From Chloroflexota bacterium (GTDB taxonomy: Bacteria; Chloroflexota; Dehalococcoidia; UBA2979), in the NCBI GenBank assembly GCA_002718395.1, contig PBEG01000004.1, positions 1 to 46,928 of the forward strand: DNA of 46,928 bases, given 5' to 3'. Below, one piece after another: positions 27,510 through 34,553 of the stretch; position 1 is the stretch's first letter, and each line of letters begins with the position of its first letter. The notes under the pieces are model-generated. The model made no database searches. It saw only the letters and a program-made list of their open reading frames with translations, and had not been told where the DNA came from. The position numbers and the translations under genes are program-made.

Positions 27510-28642
27510 CTAACTTCCTTTCCTCCAACCAAAACAATGTCTCCGTTTTTGGCGCCAGATTTCATCAGATCCCTATTTACCCCCAAAAGCTTCATTCTTC
27601 GAAAAAATTCATATCTAGCCTCACCATTCGACAAATCTAGAGTTTCAGCAAGAAGATTAGGTGTGCTGCCATCTAAAAGAAACTTGTTGCTTTTTTTTAA
27701 AACAACAAACTTGTTTTTCTTGGGTTGTGGTTTTTTTGTCTCTAGGCCTAATTTCTCTTCTGTTTTGCCGGTATCTAGGGTAGAAAAATGATTTTGGAGT
27801 CTTTTTTTTATCTCATTGACCACAACCGTGTTGTTTGTTTGTCCATAAACAATTGTCAAATGGTCTTTTTGCCCGCCAACAACTATTTTAATTATTTCTT
27901 GTTTGTTGTCGCACATGTCAACATATTTTGAAAGAAGAGACTCGGTCTCAACAACACACAACACAACACTCGCCGATCTAATATATTCACTTGTTTGTTT
28001 GGTTTCTGACGCTGGGATGTCGGCCACCACAAGAAGCGTCTTTCCTTCTTCGTATGTACCATAATTTACCGCCTGTGTTGTACCAGGATAAGCGCCAGTT
28101 TTCGCCTTCGACCCACTAAGCGCATTTAGTAGGGTTGTTTTTCCAGAGTTGGGCTCGCCTATTATGATTGCGTCTGCGGTGCTTTTGGGCACAACTTCAA
28201 TTGTGACTGTCTCGCCTTTTTGCCCATTTTGAGAAAAGCGCGGTGTTTTTCTGTTTGGCAACACGAACTTCGTGTTGCCCCAACCACCCTTACCACCTCT
28301 GGCTAACAGGTGTGTGTGTTTGTTTGTGTATTTAATTTCCTTTTTCTCGTTGTTGTTTGTTATCCACAAAGAGTAGTTTTTTGGAACAAGAACCGTGGAG
28401 TGTTCCCCTGCTTTTCCGTTTTTGTTGTTTGTGTCTCCCTTTTGCCCGTTTTGCGCTCTAATAAGAGACCCTGTAGCTTTGTCGAAGTCTGTGGGTTTAT
28501 TTAAAAATTTAGCATATATATTGCCGCCATTGCCGCCATTGCCGCCATCTGGTCCTCCTTTTGGTACCTTGTAAGATCTTTTGAAGGAAACTATTCCATC
28601 TCCGCCTTTGCCTGCGTGCAAGATAATTGTTCTTTTTTTCAT
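27497..28642 (-). CDS. obg: Obg/CgtA-family GTPase homologue with a degenerate G domain
   Basis: Obg fold (GKGGDGIVSFKRSYKVPKGGPDGGNGGNGGN...ARGGKGGWGN), P-loop GEPNSGKTT, G2 PGTT, and a C-terminal OCT domain (EARYEFFRRMKLLGVNRDLMKSGAKNGDIV). G3 reads DIPA, and G4 reads GQKD instead of NKxD. Confidence 0.85.
   Translation of the reverse strand: MKKRTIILHAGKGGDGIVSFKRSYKVPKGGPDGGNGGNGGNIYAKFLNKPTDFDKATGSLIRAQNGQKGDTNNKNGKAGEHSTVLVPKNYSLWITNNNEKKEIKYTNKHTHLLARGGKGGWGNTKFVLPNRKTPRFSQNGQKGETVTIEVVPKSTADAIIIGEPNSGKTTLLNALSGSKAKTGAYPGTTQAVNYGTYEEGKTLLVVADIPASETKQTSEYIRSASVVLCVVETESLLSKYVDMCDNKQEIIKIVVGGQKDHLTIVYGQTNNTVVVNEIKKRLQNHFSTLDTGKTEEKLGLETKKPQPKKNKFVVLKKSNKFLLDGSTPNLLAETLDLSNGEARYEFFRRMKLLGVNRDLMKSGAKNGDIVLVGGKEVSWEF
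28360..28368 (+). promoter_or_regulatory. Perfect DnaA box TTATCCACA inside the obg coding sequence
   Basis: Exact 9-mer read at 28360-28368. On the minus strand it encodes part of LWITN. Confidence 0.6.
28521..28547 (-). repeat. Perfect in-frame 9-bp tandem triplication (ttgccgcca x3) encoding GGN-GGN-GGN of the Obg glycine-rich fold
   Basis: Read directly: 28521-28529, 28530-28538 and 28539-28547 are identical. Confidence 0.9.
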
Positions 28643-28689
28643 CTCTTCTTCTTTATTATATGTTTCTTTTTTATATTATATATCTTTTT
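28643..28689. other. AT-rich tract (7 G/C in 47 bp): candidate DNA unwinding element. It also carries two TATAAT hexamers on the obg strand
   Basis: ctcttcttctttattatatgtttcttttttatattatatatctttttt. The minus strand reads TATAAT at 28680-28675 and 28660-28655. Confidence 0.45.
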
Positions 28690-28704
28690 TAGTAGTAGTA
28701 GTAG
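28690..28704 (+). repeat. (TAG)5 array, DnaA-trio-like (3'-GAT-5' x5), followed by GGG at 28705-28707
   Basis: tagtagtagtagtag ggg, read directly from the sequence. Confidence 0.6.
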
Positions 28705-28707
28705 GGG

Positions 28708-28725
28708 TGTTGATTTTGTTGATAA
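28708..28725 (-). promoter_or_regulatory. Tandem DnaA-box-like 9-mers TGTTGATTT and TGTTGATAA (minus strand: TTATCAACA AAATCAACA)
   Basis: 28717-28725 differs from TGTGGATAA at one position. 28708-28716 differs at three positions. Both abut the G cluster and the TAG array. Confidence 0.5.
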
Positions 28726-28797
28726 GTTGGTTTTTTTAGTTATAAAACGTTGTTTTTTGTGTTGGTGGGTTGTGGGTTTATTGAAAAATGTGTTTGT

Positions 28798-28809
28798 TTG
28801 TTGTTGTTG
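28798..28809 (+). repeat. (TTG)4 microsatellite
   Basis: Read directly from the sequence. Confidence 0.9.
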
Positions 28810-28837
28810 TTTTGATCGCTTGTTGTTTTTAGTTGCT

Positions 28838-28855
28838 GTTGTTGTTGTTGTTGTT
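28838..28855 (+). repeat. (GTT)6 microsatellite, which is (AAC)6 on the transcribed strand
   Basis: Read directly from the sequence. Confidence 0.9.
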
Positions 28856-28878
28856 TTGATGGTTTGTTGTTTTTATGT

Positions 28879-30273
28879 TTATGCTATTTTTCTTTTTCGA
28901 TCGATAAGTTCTTTTAGGTTGGAAACATCTCTTTTGATTTCTTCATCGATAATTTGACCCTTGTCCATTTTTCTCCAACCATGGTGCACGGTTGAGTGGT
29001 CTCTGTTCCCTAGAGAACGGCCGATTTCAACTAGTGAAATGTTTGCAACCTCTCTCAGTAAGTACATGGCCATTTGTCTTGGGTAGGCATATTGTTTTTC
29101 TCTGTTGTTAGAAAGGAGGTCGGTGTTTTGCAGTTTGTAATAGTCACAGACAACTTCAACAATTAAATCAACGGAGGGAGGAGAATAGAGGCTTTCCGAT
29201 GTTTGTAGGTGCCTAAGGGTGTCTTCTACTAAAGCAACATTAATGTCTTCTCCTGTAAGGCGGGATGCAGCCAGTAATCGTGTTAGAGAGCCTTCAAGCT
29301 CCCTGACATTATTTGTGCAAATGTCCGCTATTTTATATAAAACAGCACTTTCAATTTTTACTTGATGTATTTTAATTTTTTCTTTTAAAATTGCCATTCT
29401 AGTTTCAATGTTTGGAACCTGTAAATCTGCTATCATTCCCCACTCAAATCGCGACTGCAACCTTTCTTCTAGTTGTTTAATTTTATTAGGGCTTTTGTCA
29501 GAAGAAATTACAATTTGTTTTCCTGCCTCATAAAGTTCATTAAAGGTATGAAAAAACTCTTCTTGGGTTTGTTCTTTCCCGGCGATGAATTGAATGTCAT
29601 CAATTAGAAGCACGTCAGTTTTCCTGTAAATATTTCTAAAGTTTCTTTGGTTTCTTTTTTGAATAGAAGCAATAAGTCGATTTGTAAATTGTTCTGCGGA
29701 AAGATATACAACATTAAGACCTTGTTCAATACATGAATGACCAATTGCATGTAATAAATGAGTCTTTCCAAGACCTGCTCCTCCATATAAAAACAACGGA
29801 TTAAACTCTTTTCCGGGACTGTTAGAGGCAGATTGCGATGCTGCAAAAGCTAATCTATTAGACGGGCCAACAATAAAATTATTAAAAATGTAATTTTTGC
29901 GTAGGCTTGGTTGATTAGCTGACCAACCTTGTTGTTGTTTTTCTTCTTTTAGATTGTGCTCTGTTGTTTTTTCATATTGTGGTTGAAGAGCAAACACTTT
30001 TTCATTTTTATCTTCTTTTTGAATTGAAACAGTTTTGAATTCAATATCTAATGGTTCATCAGCTCTTTTTGCAACAAGCTTCAGTATAAGCGGCTTAAGC
30101 CTTCTTTCTAGCCACTCATTAACAAATTCAGATCGAGTACCAATAATTAAAGTAGAACCCTGAAACGAAATACCTATTGTGTCTTTTAACCAAGTGTCAT
30201 AGTTAGGTTTTGAAATGTTTTCTGATAAGTCTTCTAAAACTTCTTGCCAGAGATTTGAAGCGTCTAATTTCAC
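28879..30273 (-). CDS. dnaA: Chromosomal replication initiator protein DnaA
   Basis: N-terminal LWQEVLEDL...YDTWLKD, AAA+ GGAGLGKTHLLHAIG, LLIDDIQF, and a C-terminal DNA-binding domain (YPRQMAMYLLRE...GNRDHSTVHH). Confidence 0.97.
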   Translation of the reverse strand: MKLDASNLWQEVLEDLSENISKPNYDTWLKDTIGISFQGSTLIIGTRSEFVNEWLERRLKPLILKLVAKRADEPLDIEFKTVSIQKEDKNEKVFALQPQYEKTTEHNLKEEKQQQGWSANQPSLRKNYIFNNFIVGPSNRLAFAASQSASNSPGKEFNPLFLYGGAGLGKTHLLHAIGHSCIEQGLNVVYLSAEQFTNRLIASIQKRNQRNFRNIYRKTDVLLIDDIQFIAGKEQTQEEFFHTFNELYEAGKQIVISSDKSPNKIKQLEERLQSRFEWGMIADLQVPNIETRMAILKEKIKIHQVKIESAVLYKIADICTNNVRELEGSLTRLLAASRLTGEDINVALVEDTLRHLQTSESLYSPPSVDLIVEVVCDYYKLQNTDLLSNNREKQYAYPRQMAMYLLREVANISLVEIGRSLGNRDHSTVHHGWRKMDKGQIIDEEIKRDVSNLKELIDRKRKIA

Positions 30274-30319
30274 TTTGTCCTCGAGGAAACCTGAATAATA
30301 CTAAATTATAGGCGAGCAG

Positions 30320-30328
30320 TTATCCACA
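30320..30328 (+). promoter_or_regulatory. Perfect DnaA box TTATCCACA
   Basis: Exact consensus 9-mer, 47 nt upstream of the dnaA ATG. Confidence 0.85.
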
Positions 30329-30342
30329 TTTTAGTAACAAAT

Positions 30343-30351
30343 TGTGGATAA
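30343..30351 (-). promoter_or_regulatory. Perfect DnaA box (TGTGGATAA on the + strand), inverted relative to the box at 30320
   Basis: Exact consensus 9-mer, with a 14-bp spacer between the two boxes. Confidence 0.85.
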
Positions 30352-30584
30352 GTATAAATAATATATATACTATTAATTTTTATATTTAGAGAGCGGTCAA
30401 CAAAAAAAAGTTGAAAGATCTCCCCACCGCTTCGTACTTTAACATCTCACATTAAAAAAAAACAAGAACTTTATGTAAGTTAATTTTTATTTTTTTTTAA
30501 AAAAGAAAAAAATAAAGAAACTAACCTATTTTTTTGTAATGTAGTAACCTCATTAATGCAAAAAATAGAAAGAAGTAAAATAAA

Positions 30585-31373
30585 ATGAATAAAATATTTT
30601 GTGTTGATATCGGAAATTCAACAATAGCAATTGGTATTTTTGAAAACAATGAGCTTCTTACTTCATTCAGATTTGCTACTAATAAAGAGTTTTTAGCAAC
30701 CGAATACCAATTAATGATTAATTCTGTTTTACAAAATAAAGAAATTCTAAAATCAGATTTTGACGGAGCAATAATTTCATCAACTGTACCATCTTTATTG
30801 AATAATTTTGAGTTGGCAATTAATGATGTTTTTGGTTTTTCTCCAATGGTTGTTGGTCCTGGAATAAAAACAGGATTAAACATTAAATATGAAAATCCAA
30901 AAGAAATAGGGCCAGACAGAATTCTTCATGCAATTGCTGGTTTAAATATTGCCTCGGCTCCACTAATAATTGTTGATCTTGGTACGGGATTGGTTTTTGA
31001 TGTTATAGACTCAGAAGAAAATTATCTAGGAGGAGCTATTGCTCCAGGAGTTTCTGTTGCTGCGGAGGCTTTGTTCAATAAAGGTTCTATGTTGAATTCA
31101 ATTAATATACAAAAACCAGAATCAGTTATTGGCAAAAATACAAGATCTGCTCTAGAGTCTGGAATTTATTTTGGAAGTCTGGAATTAATTAAAGGAATTA
31201 CAGAAAAAATGAAAGGTGATTTAAAAGGAAAAGCAACTGTTATTGGAACAGGGGGGGATATTAGTATTTTTAAAGATGATTTGAATTTTTTTGATTATGT
31301 TGAGCCCGATCTTAACCTTTATGGCCTTCATTTGTTATACTTAGCCAACGCAAAGGACAAAAATGACAAATAA
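30585..31373 (+). CDS. coaX: Type III pantothenate kinase
   Basis: FCVDIGNSTIAIGIF, GPDRILHA, IVDLGTG, GTGG. Confidence 0.9.
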   Translation: MNKIFCVDIGNSTIAIGIFENNELLTSFRFATNKEFLATEYQLMINSVLQNKEILKSDFDGAIISSTVPSLLNNFELAINDVFGFSPMVVGPGIKTGLNIKYENPKEIGPDRILHAIAGLNIASAPLIIVDLGTGLVFDVIDSEENYLGGAIAPGVSVAAEALFNKGSMLNSINIQKPESVIGKNTRSALESGIYFGSLELIKGITEKMKGDLKGKATVIGTGGDISIFKDDLNFFDYVEPDLNLYGLHLLYLANAKDKNDK

Positions 31374-32556
31374 TTTATTAGAAGACAAATCCGTCCTTCT
31401 TGGCGTTACTGGATCTATAGCCGCTTATAAGGCCGTTGATATTGCTAGTCAGTTAATTAAACTAGGCGCAAATGTAAATGTTGCATTAACTGAAGCAGCA
31501 ACAAAATTCATCACTCCGTTTACATTTAAAACTATAACTGGGAACATGCCTTATTATGATATGTGGGATACCAACGCGAAAGCAAAAGAACAACACATTG
31601 AGCTTGCTCACAATGCAGATTTAATGATTATAGCCCCAGCTACTGCTTCAACTATTGCGACTTTGGCTTATGGGATGGGTGACGACAGCGTTTCGCTTTG
31701 TGCTTTATCAACAGGAGCACCGAAGCTTATTGCTCCTGCAATGGATCATCAAATGTGGAACAACAAAGCAACACAAGAGAATATAAATAAATTGATTGAA
31801 AGAGGCGACACAATAATTTTACCAGAATATGGCAGGCTTGCGTCAGGTGAGTTTGGCTTGGGAAGACTGTCTTCAGTTGATAATATAATAGACGAAATAA
31901 AACGTAAGGCGGGAGATGTCTACGGTGATTTATGTGGCAAACATATAGTAATAACCGCAGGTGGCACTAGAGAGCCACTAGATCCTGTTCGTTTCTTAAG
32001 TAATCGTTCAAGCGGCAAAATGGGATTTGCGTTGGCAGAGGCAGCAAGAAATCGGGGTTCCAGCGTTACTCTTATTTCATCAGTAAAAAGAAACAGTTTG
32101 TCTGGTGTTCATTTTATTGAAACAGAAACTACCGATCAAATGTTTAATGAAGTTAAAAAGGCAACCCAAAAAGCAGATGCTTTAATTATGGCCGCAGCAG
32201 TTAGTGATTTTAAATTTAAAGAAATAAACAAAGATAAAATAAAAGACAAAAACAATGATTTAAGTGTAAATTTAACACCAAACCCAGACATTATAGCTAG
32301 CGTTGAAAAAAACATCATAAAAGTTGCATTTGCAGCTGAAACAAAAGATTTAAAAAAATATGCCGAAAAAAAACTGTTCTCTAAAAATGCCCATTTTATT
32401 GTGGCCAATGATGTTTCTGATCCAAGTATTGGCTTTAATTCAGACAATAATAAAGTAACGATTATTTCAGACAAAGGCAAGGTTATTAATTTGCCTATTA
32501 TGCCAAAAATAGAAGTTAGCCATGCAATTCTTAATTCTTTAAAAGAATATTTTTAA
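31363..32556 (+). CDS. coaBC: Bifunctional phosphopantothenoylcysteine decarboxylase / phosphopantothenate-cysteine ligase
   Basis: LLGVTGSIAAYKAVDIASQL, IAPATASTIA, ITAGGTREPLDPVRFLSNRSSGKMG, AAAVSDF. Confidence 0.93.
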   Translation: MTNNLLEDKSVLLGVTGSIAAYKAVDIASQLIKLGANVNVALTEAATKFITPFTFKTITGNMPYYDMWDTNAKAKEQHIELAHNADLMIIAPATASTIATLAYGMGDDSVSLCALSTGAPKLIAPAMDHQMWNNKATQENINKLIERGDTIILPEYGRLASGEFGLGRLSSVDNIIDEIKRKAGDVYGDLCGKHIVITAGGTREPLDPVRFLSNRSSGKMGFALAEAARNRGSSVTLISSVKRNSLSGVHFIETETTDQMFNEVKKATQKADALIMAAAVSDFKFKEINKDKIKDKNNDLSVNLTPNPDIIASVEKNIIKVAFAAETKDLKKYAEKKLFSKNAHFIVANDVSDPSIGFNSDNNKVTIISDKGKVINLPIMPKIEVSHAILNSLKEYF

Positions 32557-32563
32557 AATTAAA

Positions 32564-34060
32564 TTAATAGTCACAAATCATATGAATTAGGGTTCTAACA
32601 GGGTTGCCAGACATTCCTTTTGTCCATTCGCCTTTTGATTGCTTAATCGTCATTACTCCTGCAATATCCATATGAGCCCATGGGGTTTTGCCAACAAATT
32701 TTTCTAGGAATTTTGCTGCGGTTATAGAACCTGCTTCTCGATCACCAACATTTTTTATATCAGCGACATTAGAAATTATCATTTTTCCATATGCATCATC
32801 TAAAGGCATTCGCCAAATAGGTTCATTAGATTTTTGACTAGCTTTGTTAATTTTTTCAAAAAGGACATCATTGTTTGCAAAAACACCAGTTCTAACTGAT
32901 CCTAATGAAATCATCATTGCTCCTGTTAAGGTTGCAATGTCTACTATTGCAGAACATTTTTCTTTTACAGCGTATGAAATAGCATCTGCAAGAACAAGCC
33001 TGCCTTCTGCGTCAGTGTTTAGAACTTCAATAGATTGTCCGTCCATTGCATAAACAACATCACCAGGTTTAGTCGCTTTTCCACCAGGCATGTTTTCAGT
33101 ACAAGGGGCAATTCCCACAACATTGATTTTTGGTTTAAGTTGCCCAATTGCATTCATAACACCTAAAACTGTTGCAGCACCAGACATATCACCTTTCATT
33201 TCATCCATTCCAGCACTCGGCTTTAAAGATATGCCACCAGTATCAAAAGTAATTCCTTTTCCAATTAAGGCAACTGGTTTGTTTTTAGCACTTTTATGAC
33301 TATATTTTAATATAATAAATTTAGGTTCTTGGTTTGAACCAGCTGCAACAGATAAATATGATCCCATACCAAGTTCTTTTGCTGCTGCCTTATTAATTAT
33401 TTGACAGTCAAGCCCGTGTGAATCAGCTATTTCTAAAGCCGTTTCTGCTAATTTTGTAGGTGTCATATAATTTGCTGGCTCGTTAGCTAGATCTTTTGTT
33501 AGGTTGGCAGATGTTGCAAAGATTTTACCTCTTTCAAGCATTTTTTGAATCAAATTACTATTTTTTTCTCCAGAAACATGAATACTAATGTCTTTGATTG
33601 ATGTGTCTTTGTTGACTATTTTAGTCTTATGTTTTTTAAAAGAGTATTGGCTTAAGAAGACTCCTTCTGATACAGCTTGGTAAGCTTCATTTTTTTTATT
33701 GGTTGAACCCATAATTTCCTCTAAAGAAAATGCAACCGAATTAAGCTTCATTGAATCGATTTTTCTAAATACATTTGCTGTTTGTGTGCGCAAAACATCA
33801 ATATTAAATTGCTTTTTTTCTCCTAATGAAACTACAAAAAGGTAATCTGCGTTTAATTCCCCAGAGACTGGGAATTCACTAATACTTCCAACACTTGTTT
33901 TTAACTTGTTGTCTTTTAGAAGTTTGGTGATTTTGTTGTTTATTTTTTTATCTATCTCTTTAAAAGACTTGTGAATTGTTGACTGTTTATCAAATACAGT
34001 AATAATGTATGCATTTGCTTTTTCTCTTAAGATAGAATTTTTTTTGTGTTGTAATTTCAT
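32564..34060 (-). CDS. pepA: Leucyl aminopeptidase (M17)
   Basis: GKGITFDTGGISLKP, MDEMKGDMSGAA, NTDAEGRLVLADA. Confidence 0.93.
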   Translation of the reverse strand: MKLQHKKNSILREKANAYIITVFDKQSTIHKSFKEIDKKINNKITKLLKDNKLKTSVGSISEFPVSGELNADYLFVVSLGEKKQFNIDVLRTQTANVFRKIDSMKLNSVAFSLEEIMGSTNKKNEAYQAVSEGVFLSQYSFKKHKTKIVNKDTSIKDISIHVSGEKNSNLIQKMLERGKIFATSANLTKDLANEPANYMTPTKLAETALEIADSHGLDCQIINKAAAKELGMGSYLSVAAGSNQEPKFIILKYSHKSAKNKPVALIGKGITFDTGGISLKPSAGMDEMKGDMSGAATVLGVMNAIGQLKPKINVVGIAPCTENMPGGKATKPGDVVYAMDGQSIEVLNTDAEGRLVLADAISYAVKEKCSAIVDIATLTGAMMISLGSVRTGVFANNDVLFEKINKASQKSNEPIWRMPLDDAYGKMIISNVADIKNVGDREAGSITAAKFLEKFVGKTPWAHMDIAGVMTIKQSKGEWTKGMSGNPVRTLIHMICDY

Positions 34061-34201
34061 AGTTGTAACCCCTTAGTCATTTTGTAAGATACGATATTCT
34101 TTAAATAAATTAAATAACTTTATGATTAAATTTCCCATTGCTTCAAAAATCTTACTATGCTAGCCTCAATAAATGAAAGTAGAGGAATAGGAAATAAATA
34201 C

Positions 34202-34468
34202 ATGGTTGATTTGCCAGAGAAAGAAATACAACTTGATGAATTTACCAGGCATGGAAATGATACTGGCTCAGCAGAGTATCAAATAGCACTTTTAACAAAA
34301 AAAATTAATATGTTAACTGGCCATTTAAAAACACATTCTCATGATTACTCAACAAGACGCGGTTTATTGAAAACAGTTGGTAAAAGAAGAAAACTACTTA
34401 AATATTTAAGTGAAAAAGATGTTTCAAGATATAATGATGTTCTATCTAGGCTATCATTAAGAAGATAA
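34202..34468 (+). CDS. rpsO: 30S ribosomal protein S15
   Basis: GNDTGSAEYQIALLTKKINMLTGHLKTHSHDYSTRRGLLKTVGKRRKLLKYL. ATG 34202 gives the usual length of about 88 aa, with GAGGAA upstream. The track start at 34157 adds 15 extra residues. Confidence 0.93.
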   Translation: MVDLPEKEIQLDEFTRHGNDTGSAEYQIALLTKKINMLTGHLKTHSHDYSTRRGLLKTVGKRRKLLKYLSEKDVSRYNDVLSRLSLRR

Positions 34469-34553
34469 TCAATTTTATAAATATTCCTAAATTCCTCTAT
34501 TTTTAAATTAATACACTGATTATATTTTTGGTGTATATCGGAAGGAAATTGAT

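Larger units (their letters stand above)
28643..28878. other. dnaA-obg spacer: candidate oriC segment (unwinding module plus GT/CA low-complexity tract)
   Basis: 236-bp non-coding spacer, the second longest in the window. Contents are listed in the sub-features below. Confidence 0.55.
30274..30584. other. dnaA-coaX divergent spacer: dnaA promoter/autoregulatory region and candidate second oriC segment
   Basis: The longest spacer in the window (311 bp). It has two perfect inverted DnaA boxes, a near-pure AT tract at 30352-30390, and an A/T-rich stretch at 30455-30535. Confidence 0.6.

Noticed and set aside
27497-28642. obg looks more GC-rich (some 60-nt lines are 48-50% G+C by hand count) than its neighbours, which might suggest horizontal acquisition
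   Set aside because: Other conserved genes here (dnaK about 43%, dnaA about 40% on sampled lines) are also well above the spacer and hypothetical-gene level. Hand counts of a few lines are not enough to claim foreign origin.
28616-28957. 113-aa + strand ORF (Cys/Phe/Val-rich) spanning the dnaA-obg spacer
   Set aside because: It is simply the translation of the GT-rich low-complexity tract. It overlaps both the obg start and the dnaA 3' end, has no RBS, and has an implausible composition.
30393-30432. Inverted repeat agcggt / accgct enclosing caac-A8-gttg, plus a GATC, in the dnaA upstream spacer
   Set aside because: The stems are short (6 bp and 4 bp) with a long loop. I cannot tie it to any known origin or promoter element.
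14797-30584. Gene-orientation switch at about 30.3 kb as independent proof of the origin
   Set aside because: Genes from about 14.8 to 30.3 kb are mostly on the minus strand, and those right of 30.6 kb are mostly on the plus strand. But 0-14.8 kb, including rplL and dnaE, is again on the plus strand. Orientation bias in this window is therefore not clean enough to count as evidence.
30556-30588. 10-codon upstream ORF (MQKIERSKIK) whose TGA overlaps the coaX ATG (ATGA)
   Set aside because: It is too short and has no SD of its own. The purine tract inside it (GAAAGAAG) is more simply the coaX ribosome-binding site.
34511-34536. Hairpin atacac-N14-gtgtat between rpsO and pnp, possibly an RNase III or terminator site as in the E. 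coli rpsO-pnp leader
   Set aside because: It has only a 6-bp AT-rich stem with a 14-nt loop. That is not distinguishable from chance in AT-rich DNA without folding energetics or conservation.
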